Source: Octopus bimaculoides (lineage: Eukaryota). From it: a stretch of DNA of 64,000 nt. Both the position numbers and the translations under genes were made by a program. Each line of letters starts with the position of its first letter. Positions within the stretch are counted from its first letter, which is position 1. The stretch covers positions 93,426,006 through 93,490,005 of the forward strand of contig NC_068990.1 of the NCBI RefSeq assembly GCF_001194135.2, written 5' to 3'. Below are positions 12,478 to 24,200 of this stretch, in pieces. Under the pieces are notes generated by a model that worked only from the letters and a program-made list of their open reading frames with translations, was not told the origin of the DNA and did no database searches.

Positions 12478-14109
12478 CTGAAAAACAAAGACAATTACTG
12501 ACGCTTACGAACACAGATGTTAAATGATGGTGATTGTATATTTGACCTGGGTATGGCTTTAAACAACATCCAGTGGTAGGGCACTGGTTTGGGAGCTCCA
12601 GTGTGCATGTTGTCACTTACAAAATATCAAAGGGCCTCATGTCTTTACATACATATTGTCTGTGAGGAAAATTTTCTCCTGAGCCAATTTCAGCAGTAAA
12701 AGGCTCTCCCAAACTTGAGTGTATATGAACAGGTTAAATACGACTGTACAGGAGTATATTTAATTCAATGCTGCTTTGTGCAACTCTGCTTATTTAATCC
12801 AAGCTTGACCAATTTTTACTTACATGGATAAATGAGTTATTTACTATTCTTATAAATAAGAACTATCATTTATATAGTCCTGTGAAAGACAAATTCAGTA
12901 TTCATAGCTGATGATTTGCAATGACAGAGAAACCCGTCTCACATTCTGATGTCGTCATTCACAGCCCAGTCTGTTACCAGTCATATTGAGCACGAGGAGA
13001 ACTTTCTCTTGGGACTATTTCCACAGTGAAAGGCCTTCTCACATCCAAGTACGCACATGTGATAAATCTGGTTGTACATAACAATATTATAGATATTTGT
13101 TAGTTTTTACATCTGTTTTTCCATGCTACGAAGGTTTATATGAATATATTATTAAGGCATTGTTTTACAACCAAATGTTCTTTCCATCTTAAGCCAACCA
13201 AAACCTCAAGTGAATTTATTAGAGGGAAACTGAAAGAAGCCTGTCACATGTGGCTGTGTTGTCACCTCTGTCAACAAATTGTCCACTCAAGATGTATGAA
13301 GTAAGAGATCCTTTACTTGAAAGACAGGTTAGGGTCAATAATAAACAAAATCAAACACACACACAGACAAAGTATGCGTGTTGTTAGTTTGTGGGTTGGC
13401 TGTGGTTTTGATTTCTTTATATACCTCAAGCTGCTTGTAATTCATATTTGGATTTTTTTTCCATGGCATGAAACATTGGTACAGCAGATGGTTCCCAATC
13501 CATTTAGCAGAGAGTCATAGGCAGTGATATGGCTTGGCGCAGGTCTTGTTTGCTGTCCAGCATTGATAAGTAACAACAATGACGAAACATCGATGTCTGT
13601 TGCTCCGAGAAGGGACCTATGTGAGTTGTCTCACTTGAGGTGTCTTTTACACCAGGTCCATAGAGAATGTATTCTCTTATGCCTAAAAACCACAGCTGAC
13701 CCATGAACTAACAATACACATACCTTGAGCAGGTGTGTTCGATTTTGTTTATAAACTTCAAGCTGCTTCTAATTCATATTTGAAACATAATTAGATGCTA
13801 GAGAGAGAGAGAAAGAAAACATTAAAATGTGTGATATCAAATGAGTCAGCGCCAGAAAGGCTTGGCCAAAATGTTTCAAACCCCACAGGTATCCTTTTAA
13901 ACAAGTTTACCTCAGTGTTACATTATATTGAATAATGTCTGTTTCCATATGAAATACTGAAAGAATTGAAATGAGATTTTTTTTCTTTTTAAAGTTATTT
14001 TCTGTTCTGAAGATATGTTGTTTATTTGTTACAGTCATTAAATATTAATTAACAATGTCAGAAAAATATAAGATTACTCAAGGAAAACAATATAAGAAAT
14101 AGAATTTAC

Positions 14110-14329
14110 CGTTTTCTTTACGTAACCTGGTAATAAATTTCTTTGGTGCTATAGTGCCAACCTTTTTCTTCTGCGTGGCTATATTGTAAAAGAGATCGGC
14201 AAGACATGTTAGCAGTGTTTCTTTTTTCTGGTTCTTCTGTTGTAATTTGTATTGCAGAACTTTTTCACGGAACGGACGGCAGAAGTATAGCGCTTGCAAC
14301 ACAGAATTGCAGTAACACGTATTTCCAAA
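14110..14329 (-). CDS. USP46: USP12/46 exon 3, Cys box ([24 protein letters not shown]...[11 protein letters not shown])
   Basis: TTTCAG acceptor, 220 nt (73 codons +1), GTAAAT donor; contains the catalytic GNTCYCNS motif. Confidence 0.98.
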
Positions 14330-14419
14330 CTGAAAGGAAAACAAATCAAATACATTGACCAACTTTGAAGGAACAAATACAATTACAAAAAAAAAAACCA
14401 CCAACAAAACAATGCATAA

Positions 14420-14468
<49 letters not shown>

Positions 14469-16169
14469 CATACATACACACATAGACATACATTATATAT
14501 AGACACAGACACACACATACACGATAGGCAATTCCTGTCAACCAAATTCATTCACAAAGGCATTGGTCAGCAAGGTTATAACTGAAGACACAAAGTGGAA
14601 AACAGTGAGACTGAACCCCAAACCATGTGGTTGCAAAGTATGTGTGTGTGTGTTGTGTGTGTTTACATTCAGTGCTCAATGCATTGAAATGGCATCGAGC
14701 AGTGAACTTCATTGGCAGTTCTTTGCTAAAAAAATAGTCTGCACTTTTGAAAATGTGTGGAAATAAAAATCCCTCAGTAATATGAAATCATCCATGTTAG
14801 CATAGTAAAAATAGACCAATGTAAAAACAAACAAACATCGTTAGTTCTTTGCTTAAGATTATAAAACTGGGTTTCTCTCTTTCATATTACGTTTGTGATT
14901 GGTTAAGTAGATAACCTTGTAAAATGGACGTTGAAATTAAGTTTACTGTCATTAATAACACCACAGATGATAAATGAAATATAACAAATCTCAAAACTCG
15001 ATAGGGTGCACAGCCTGGAAATCAAGGGGTCTCTCCAGTTTGAGGTGCTACTTCTATGCATTGAGAGGTCACAGCTCTGCTATGATGAACATGTAATTAA
15101 AATGTCACAAGGAAGGAACACAAGAGAAATCCTTCGAGTTTAGGAGACCAAAGAATAGACCAAGAAGTTGGAAAATATCCATAATCTCAATTGGTCACAC
15201 TTGGGAATTGAGCCGGAAAGTGTAATGGCATTTGCATCTAATAGGATCCTAGATAGAAGGTACCTAGGGACCCTAACCACCCAAAGGAATTGTGGGCAGA
15301 GAAAATGGATGGAACAAAATATGAAAACTATGAAGTTCACATTGTGCTTATTCCGTTTTCCCAGACAGTTGCATCTGGTTAAATATTGAGGTCAAAGAGT
15401 TCAGGAACTTCATTCCATCACCAACTTTGTGCAATGTCTGTGACATGTTATTTCGCTATAAATAGATACCATGACGAGGCGCGTTTCACAACGGGAAGCA
15501 GTAGGGGATATTGTATAACTGTCAAGTGAGTTCTGTGCTAAGTTCAATAACATGACATCCTGTCAAGGGAGAGAGATGAAACGCTCTGCTGTTTAAGAAA
15601 AAGTGGAATAAACTCGGCTCTGCAGCAAACTCCAATACCTATTGGTAATTGTGGTGGATAAATGGAAAAAAATATTAACCACTTCATGTTGCCATTATGA
15701 ATCAAGGATGGAGTAGGTTTAGTTTAGACTCCAAAGCATCAACCATTAACTCCAGTTACAGAAATGACTTTAACCCTTTTTCGTTACCAAATTTCTCTTG
15801 AAATACACTTTGTTTCAATAAATTTTGAAAATAATACAGAATTTAGGAAAATCAAGACAGTGTTCGAACATAGATTAACCTGCACTTTAGATGGAAGATT
15901 TTAATCTCGATCAATACCAAACAGAAAGGTTTACATCGAAAGGGTTCATCAATATACGTTGTGTGAAGACAAAGGGTCAGCAGGATTTCAACACTGCTAC
16001 TTCTCAGTCTAGCTCCTTTTATAGAGTCACCTTTTTATCTCTTTATTGACAGACATACTGGGAAGCGAAATGGTATGACAAGCTAGAAAAGAGGTAAAAT
16101 AGTCAACTCGTATGGAACACTGACAGAAATAACTAAATACTTTCAAATAAAATGGTTAAAAGGAACTAC

Positions 16170-16341
16170 AGTTCTATATTTGAGAGATGAAGAATTATTT
16201 ACATCATTTACATTTGACAGATATTTGTCCTCATCTTGTTTGTTATTAACACAACATTTCGGCTGATATACCCTCCAGCCTTCATCAGGTGTCTTGGGGA
16301 AATTTCTAACCTGGGTTCTTATTCCTAAGGTACTTTTTCTA

Positions 16342-16382
<41 letters not shown>

Positions 16383-16453
16383 TCACTGCCTGCAATCGAA
16401 CTCAGAATATTGGGGTTAGTAGCCCGCGCTCTTAACCACTACGCCATATGCCC
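16170..16453 (-). mobile_element. tRNA-headed short element with (AAT)n and hammerhead-like tail, copy A
   Basis: Minus strand reads GGGCATA-TGGCGTAGTGG (A box)...GAGTTCGATTGC (B box), (AAT)n, then GACAC-CTGATGA-A-GGCTG..CAGCC-GAA-AT-GT-T-GTGTT. Homologous to copies at about 29.0 and 34.1 kb. Confidence 0.85.
16248..16293 (-). ncRNA. Minimal type I hammerhead ribozyme motif (predicted)
   Basis: Perfect helix II GGCUG/CAGCC and intact cores; helix III reads AU/GU (a CpG-type change relative to copy C). Confidence 0.55.
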
Positions 16454-17406
16454 ATGGGATATCAGCTTAACAGATATGGGGTTATCTGATTTAATATTTC
16501 AGAGCTCAATAAATTTTCTTTTGTCTTTAATTCTCTTCTCGTTAAAATCACTTCAGCGAGAGGGAAAGAGTAAAACTCTAAATCGTTTGAAGTAATATTA
16601 AGTAATATAACTTTATCGCTCCTACCTGAAACTAAGATGGTACTTTTGCTTCCTGCTTGAGTAAGAATTTGTTAGGAGAGCGTAGAAGAATAAATGTGAT
16701 CATCAACTTCATCTCTCTCTCACTTTCTTAAGACAACCCCGCCACACACAGACACACATATGGGTCAGCTATTGGAATTTTGTTTACAACAAAAAACAGA
16801 ATTACTATTATTTTATACCTTCAGAATGTTTTGCAAAGCTATATTTAATGGTTGTGGCCCAATAAAAGTGAAGTGAATTGATAAAGGGATGCAGTAAGAA
16901 CTACGTAGAAATCTCATCAATAGGAGACGCAGAGATGTGGCAGGAGAGCTTTACACATCAGAAAGCAATTAGGTCATAGGAATGGAAAAGAAGATATTTC
17001 TTAAGCTAATAAAATGGAGTTAGAAAAAACATATTCTAAAGGATGTAAATACTACAAGAATTATAAAAATAATTCTCTGCATGATATGAATTCAAATATT
17101 GATTTAGCAATTAAGCTAAAATTATGATGGAATTTGATGCCAGTGGTGGGGAAGTTTTCTTTAAAATAAGTTTAGCTGCTTATTCAATGCACTTTTAAGG
17201 AAGAATGAAAACAGAACACTTAAAAATAAATATATGTGAATTTGCAAAGTGAACAATGGTAATGTTTAATGATTCAATTGAATCAGATAAAAAATATGCA
17301 TGACACCTTCTGTTTCAATCATCTTGGAATGACCAAAGCCTTGTGAGTAGATTTGGTAGATAGAAACTGAAAGAAGCCCATCATGTATGTGTGTGTGTGT
17401 GCGTGT

Positions 17407-17439
<33 letters not shown>

Positions 17440-19074
17440 CATTTATGTCTACTTGTTTTGACATCACATGGCAGTTGTAAATAATTGTCACTANNNNNNN
17501 NNNNNNNNNNNNNNNNNNNNNNNNNNNNNNNNNNNNNNNNNNNNNNNNNNNNNNNNNNNNNNNNNNNNNNNNNNNNNNNNNNNNNNNNNNNNNNNNNNNN
17601 NNNNNNNNNNNNNNNNNNNNNNNNNNNNNNNNNNNNNNNNNNNNNNNNNNNNNNNNNNNNNNNNNNNNNNNNNNNNNNNNNNNNNNNNNNNNNNNNNNNN
17701 NNNNNNNNNNNNNNNNNNNNNNNNNNNNNNNNNNNNNNNNNNNNNNNNNNNNNNNNNNNNNNNNNNNNNNNNNNNNNNNNNNNNNNNNNNNNNNNNNNNN
17801 NNNNNNNNNNNNNNNNNNNNNNNNNNNNNNNNNNNNNNNNNNNNNNNNNNNNNNNNNNNNNNNNNNNNNNNNNNNNNNNNNNNNNNNNNNNNNNNNNNNN
17901 NNNNNNNNNNNNNNNNNNNNNNNNNNNNNNNNNNNNNNNNNNNNNNNNNNNNNNNNNGGCACGGGGGCCAGTCAGGCAGTCCTGGCATCAGCCATACTCG
18001 AATGGTGCTTTTTACGTGCCACTGGCACGGGAGCCAGTCAGCTGGCACTGACATCGACGGAGTGAATAATTTCCAAACCAAGATACAAAAAAAAATGACC
18101 ACACAAGCAGCATAAATTCAACGAAACAGATTCTGTTGGTTCTACTCTGCAATGCCCAGATCATATCAAAGGGTTAAATAGGGAAATGTGAGCAGGTTGC
18201 TTGCGTGAATGCCAACTAAGCATTTACCATAGAACTGTCACAGAACTTTACAGATTCATGTCATCAGTGAGACTGATTTGTAATTTATATTCAGTTTCCA
18301 AGTGACATATTTACTATTCTCAAAATAAATAAATAATAAAAATAAAATATACAGCATAAAAAAAATATAAAGAGGTATCTATCTAAATCAATAGTAATTT
18401 CCAAAGAAATATTTTTAGTGTTATAAATAAATTCTAAAATGATTATCTAAATGTTGATTCAAGCTGTCGTTTTTGTACATTAATGCATAGAAAGTTGTAC
18501 GTGAAGCCATATGCTACTGCCTCAGCAAAAGGCTGTGCCTGCATGTAGTTATACATTCGCACATTCTAGTCTGCAAATATGTTGGTGTATATATATATGT
18601 AGAGGTAAATGATTCTGTATCTATTGACAGGTAGGTGGCTGCTTGACTCTAAGTGAATGTGTTGGTAGATAAGTGAATCTGTAGTTTAATGTTTCATTCA
18701 AATAACAGTCAGAAACATTTTAATAATGAGCACCAAGTTATTGAAAGAGGGCAGATTGAACTCCTGCTGCAAAACAAATAACAAAAGACAATCCCTGAAT
18801 CCCAAGACCAAATAGATGATACGTTGGCTTTGAATAGTTCTGAAGATTTTCAGTCCTGATACACATGACTATTAATGGAGAAGTTATTGATATAAACAAG
18901 ACAGAAGTTTCATAATTGACATGCTGGAATACATTTGTCTTGAAAATACATCAATAAAAGTGTCTTCTACAAGAGCTTCAGGTCAACCAAAGCCTTGGGA
19001 GTGGATTTCGTAGACAAAAACTGAAAGAACTCTGAATCTTATCAGGTGTGTGTGTGTGTGTGTATGTGTGTGTA

Positions 19075-19620
19075 TGAGGGTGGGTCAAAAAATAATGCCA
19101 TTTTGTTTAGGACAGGTATAATTACCAACACAGGAACATGTAACATACATCAAAAGGAAGCTGGTCCTCTGTGGATCACATCCCTACTTCTCAACATAGT
19201 CACCATTTCTCTCAATAGCAATGTTCCACCTTCGAATAAGAGCATGTATCCCTGCCCCGTAAAATTCTGTTGACTGTTCTTTGAGCCACTTCTTCACTAC
19301 AGTTTTCACTTCTTCGTCACTGGAATAATGTTTGCCTCTCAAACCCTCTTTCATGGGGCCGAAGAGATGATAGTCTGATGAGGAAGTGAAAACTGTAATG
19401 AAGAAGTGGCTCAAAGAACAGTCAACAGAATTTTATGGGGCAGGGATACATGCTCTCATTCGAAGGTGAAACATTGCTATTGAGAGAAACGGTGACTCTG
19501 TTGAGAAGTAGGGATGTGATTCACAGAGGACCAGCTTCATTTTGATGTATGATACATGTTCCTGTGTTGGTAATTATACCTGTCCTAAACAAAATGGCAT
19601 TACTTTCTGACTCACTCTCA
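19075..19620. mobile_element. Palindromic mariner/Tc1-derived non-autonomous element
   Basis: TA|TGAGGG...CTCA|TA ends; about 245-bp inverted arms, each containing the mariner transposase C-terminus (SDYHLFGPMKEGLRGKHYSSDEEVK...RRWNIAIERNGDYVEK on minus). Confidence 0.92.
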
Positions 19621-20817
19621 TATATATTGATATATATATATATATATGCATGTATGAGTGTGTGTATGCTTGTGTCTCCTTGTCTTGACATTGTATGATT
19701 GTTGTAAACGAGTGTCACTGTCATACAAGCAGTGGAGAAATGGAGAAATGTTTCCTTGCCTGGAAACAAGTCAGCAAGAGAAGGGGGCATCCAGTAGCAG
19801 GTAATCTGTCTCAATAAACTTCGTTTCACTCATCCAAGCATGGAAAAGTGGATGCTGAAATGATGATGATGGTGGTGATGCTTGTGTAAGTTAGGCAATT
19901 GTATGCTTGGGGCAGAGTTCCGTTAGACAGATGCCTTTCACAGTTACCCTCCACCACCTGTTCCCCAATCTATCAAACAATAGACAGCTCACAGACGATC
20001 ACATGGAGAACTGCAAACAAACACCACCACCTATATATAAACAGTAAGATTTTGGTTAACAGTCAGTGAATACATGTGATGAGGGGGAAATATGAAATTA
20101 CACACACACACACATTGCATGATATGTTTCTTTCAGTTTCTGTCTATCAAATCCATTCACGAGTTTTTGATCAGGTCAGGGTTTATAACAGAAGGCACCC
20201 AAGGTGCCAAACAATGATGGGATTAAGCCTGAAAGTATAGTTAGGAAGCAAACTTCTTAAGCACACAAGGCTGGATTAACAAAAAAAACAGGCAGGACTT
20301 GTTAGCTGACAGACGCACTCATTCCCACAATACAGCACAATTTATTATTATGTGTGTCATTTCAGAGAGATTTGGTGTATTTTACTGTTTTTTTTTGTTT
20401 TTTTTATGGCTGGGTAGTGAAAGAATAACTACATTGATGTAATAAAATATGCCTATTTTGAATAAATCTTTGGCAAAATATATCTAAGTAAGCTACAGCA
20501 TAAATGTAAACGATAATGGTTAGATTTTACTATAGAACAACCAAAATTGTCATAATAGCATATAATTACAACATAATACCCTATAACTAGTCATTATGCC
20601 ATAACTACATCACCTATTCCACTAATGTGTGCAGTTTATATGCATCATATTGCTAAAAGTTGAATATCTGACAATACACTAATTCTGTTAACTGATATGA
20701 AATTAGTTCACCCAAAATTAGGTGAAACAGACACTTCTCAAGAAAAGGCTGAAAATTCTTTTTCAAAATACAGTCCAATCTAATAGAAGGAACTAATAAT
20801 TATGGTTTTTAAAGAGG

Positions 20818-21210
20818 ATAATTAACATCCACTTTTCCATGCTTGCACAGGTCAGACAGAATTTGAGGCAGATTTTGCTATGGTTGGATGCCTTTCCTGT
20901 TGTTAACCCTCAACTGTTTCCAAGCAAGGTAACATTTCTCCTTGGCCAGATATGATACTTAAGGAAGACTAGAAATGAACAACACAGCTAGTATGAAGGT
21001 GATGCTCATTTACAATTGTCACATGATGTCTTGATAAGAGTACACACAAACACACACATACATAAAGACTGGTCTCTTCCAGTTTCCAACAATTGAATCC
21101 ACCTGCAAAGCTTTGGTTGGCCTGAGGTCATAGAAGAAGACACTTGTCCAAGGTGTCACTTAGTGTGATTGAACCTGAGACTACATGGTTAAGAAGCAAG
21201 CTTCTTCACA
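20818..21210 (-). mobile_element. SINE with family-1 head but a different, RTE-like tail
   Basis: Right part is the reverse complement of the family-1 head; left part is a distinct tail ending GGAAAAGTGGATGTTAA. Similar copies at about 23322-23640(-), 52490-52905(-), 19650-19880(+), 43460-43715(+). Confidence 0.75.
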
Positions 21211-24200
21211 ATTCTTCATCACTGAATTCTAGATTTTAAGGAGAATTTTGCTGCAATAAAAAAAGAAAAACAAAACTGAAGCAAATTGAAACAAAAAAGT
21301 TTAAAGAGTAAAATAAAATAATGTATGCAGGGAGAAATGACCATCTCTGGGATAGGCATACTACATGAATGCTGGGTTGAAAAAGTGGTCTCACATACAC
21401 ATGACTATCTCTGGGATAGGCATGCTGAGTTGAAAAGGTGGTGCTTACTGCACCTAAGTTTCCCAAACATTCACTCATCTAAGGACTTATTAGGCTAGAG
21501 GTTGGTCAGATGAGAACCTGTGCCATTGTTATCATTAATAATACCATGTGATATTTTTAATAATACCACATCAAGATATGTTCCTCTTAACAGTTTCCAT
21601 TCAACCTTATTTCATTCATTCCAGCCATCCAGGGACACAGCCTTCAAGATTTCAATTGAACAAATTGCACCCAGTATCTATTTTCGAGTGTGGTTCTTAC
21701 TCTAATGAACTCATTTGCTGAATTGCTAAGTTATGGGGATATAAACAAACCAATATCAGTTGCCAAGCAGTGGACACACTGACACACACATATGCACGTG
21801 ATGGGCTTTCACAGTTTCCACTTACAAAATTTACTCATATGTCGGCCCAGGGCTATTATACAAGACACTTGCTCAAAGTACTGCACAGTGGGACTGAACC
21901 TGAGACCACATCTCCATGCCTGCACCAGATTTGAAATGACTTCTTGAACAAGTACTTTTTTTAATTTTATTTATCACACAGTATTACTCAGTCTTAATAA
22001 ATAATAGCTTTTGTTTCTTTTTTTTCTCTCTTATAAAGTAACTTAAATCTACGTAAAGACTTTTGGCATTGTATCAGTGAAAATACTGTGAGCAGTGAAT
22101 CACTTAATGGAAGATATTCTCAAAAATGTCCAGCATTTTCTCCAAGATGAAAGATGTGGTTAATATCAAAGAGACTGAGCCAAATGTTATATAAGTAGAT
22201 ACTAAGTCTAAGAGTAGACAGCGTTTTGCCAACTACCACTTAGCCATTAGTACAATAGTTAATTTTCACAGCTGGTGTGGGAAGTAGAAAATACGGGCAG
22301 CAGTAGAAAAGTAAATAAAACGATAAAGAAAACACATGTGCAAGCACACATACACGCATACACACACACACACAAGAATTACTAATGTACAGCAATATTT
22401 AGTGTGGTGTTAGACTTGTTATTTAGTTGGCCGCAAGCCCTTCTGCAGAAATATGTCTCATTTGATTATTTAGATGAAGGAGAAAATGGTTTTAAGATAA
22501 CCTAAAACATTGTTCTTTTTCTTTCGTTCATTCTGAAGACCATTAGAGAAGACTGTGGTTTCTATCTCTCCACATAAATCTTCCTTTGCCTTAACGAGCT
22601 TCATTACATGCATAAATTAAACAACACTTATTTCATGTACTTATTTAGTTGTTTCGTTATAAATCAAAAATAAATACAAGCATAATTACAACCCAACGTA
22701 GTTAGAAATACAGAGAATTTAAGATAAAGATAGTATACAGGTGTATAGTTTGCTCCCTATCACATTGTTCCAGGTTCAGTCCCAATGCGTGGCACCTTTG
22801 GCAAGTGTCTTCTACTATAGCTCTGTAATGTTAGCATTTACAAAGTTGTCTTAAGGAAAAAGACAAAATAACACTCTGAAAGTGTTGGAATGTTGTCAAT
22901 TTATGAGCCAAATAATGTAAGTTATTTAGAAATTCAGTTTTATGTTTAGTCTAAAGTCCAAGAAATGATTTGAAGCAATTAAACAAAACAAGACTAATTA
23001 AATGGAACAACTCTTCTAAATAATGAATTCTGACTGAAAAACAGGAAAATATACTAAACCATTGTGAAACATGGAACTTTCACTTTACTAAATCCCATGA
23101 AAGAATCATGAATGAGAAATGCAATGTGGCTATTAATTCTATGATTTCAATGAGGAGTAGCTGTCCACAAACAAAATATTTGTCACCATTACTTCTAGAA
23201 TTAACGACAACCTTCTGGAACTGCCCCTTAACAAAATTCTTCTTTCAAAGTGATCTAAATTAAAACCTTCCATCAAAATTGAATGCTAGTTTGGGCTCTA
23301 AATACTAGGATAATAATAATCATCATCATCATTTAACATCCACTTTTCCATGACTGCATGGATCGGATGGAATTTATCAAGGCAGGTTTTCTACAGCTGG
23401 ATGACGCTTATGTTGCCAAACCTCACCTGTTTCCAAACAAGGTAATATTTCCCCATGACCAGACTTGCTTCTGCAGAATACTGGAAATGAATGACAGCCT
23501 GTATGGCAGTGGTATTCATTTACAACTATTACAAATGCCAAAAAAGGACACACACACACACACACACATGATGGGCTTCTTTCAGTTTCCATCTACCAAA
23601 ACCACTCACAAGGCTTTGATAGGTTCAGGGCTATAGTAAAAGACTGAACCCAGGAATTTTAGAAGATTCTTCATTATTTTAGAAACTAATAGATGCAAAG
23701 CTGGTAAATTTCAAATGAAATATGGTAACAAAAAGGGTTAAGGAGAATGTTACAATCGGGGTGGGGGACACATCTACTTTTCATATATCTATTTATTTCA
23801 TGATATCTTCTGGTGAATAAATTCTTCTTGCAACAGTCAAGAGATTAAATTACAAGACTAAACTTACTATTGTCATTTACTTTACTAATCCCTCACCCCA
23901 AACTTGTGGCATTGGGCCTGTCTGTTAGATATTATTAAAAAATTTTTTTTTATTTAATATCATATTTACTACTACTACTACCACTACTACTACTGCTACT
24001 ACTACTACTGTTGCTGCTACTGCTGCTGTCAACATTAGCTGGTTGTTTGCTCTGGTAATATTCCAGCAATTTTCACACTTAACCGTCACAATAACGGCTT
24101 CAAATTTTGGTACAAGACTAGTGATTTTAGAGTGGTGTGGGGGTGGGGGTAGTTGATTACATCAACCCCAGTGTTTAGTTGGTACTTTGTTCAACCCTGA

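Noticed and set aside
15100-15640. Possible LINE RT remnant (IPSPTLCNV resembling LSPTLFN)
   Set aside because: A single weak motif with many stops; cannot be classified by eye.
16381-16453. Functional tRNA gene (ACT anticodon-like loop)
   Set aside because: The anticodon and T stems are broken and the sequence continues into the repeat body in all three copies; it is a SINE head.
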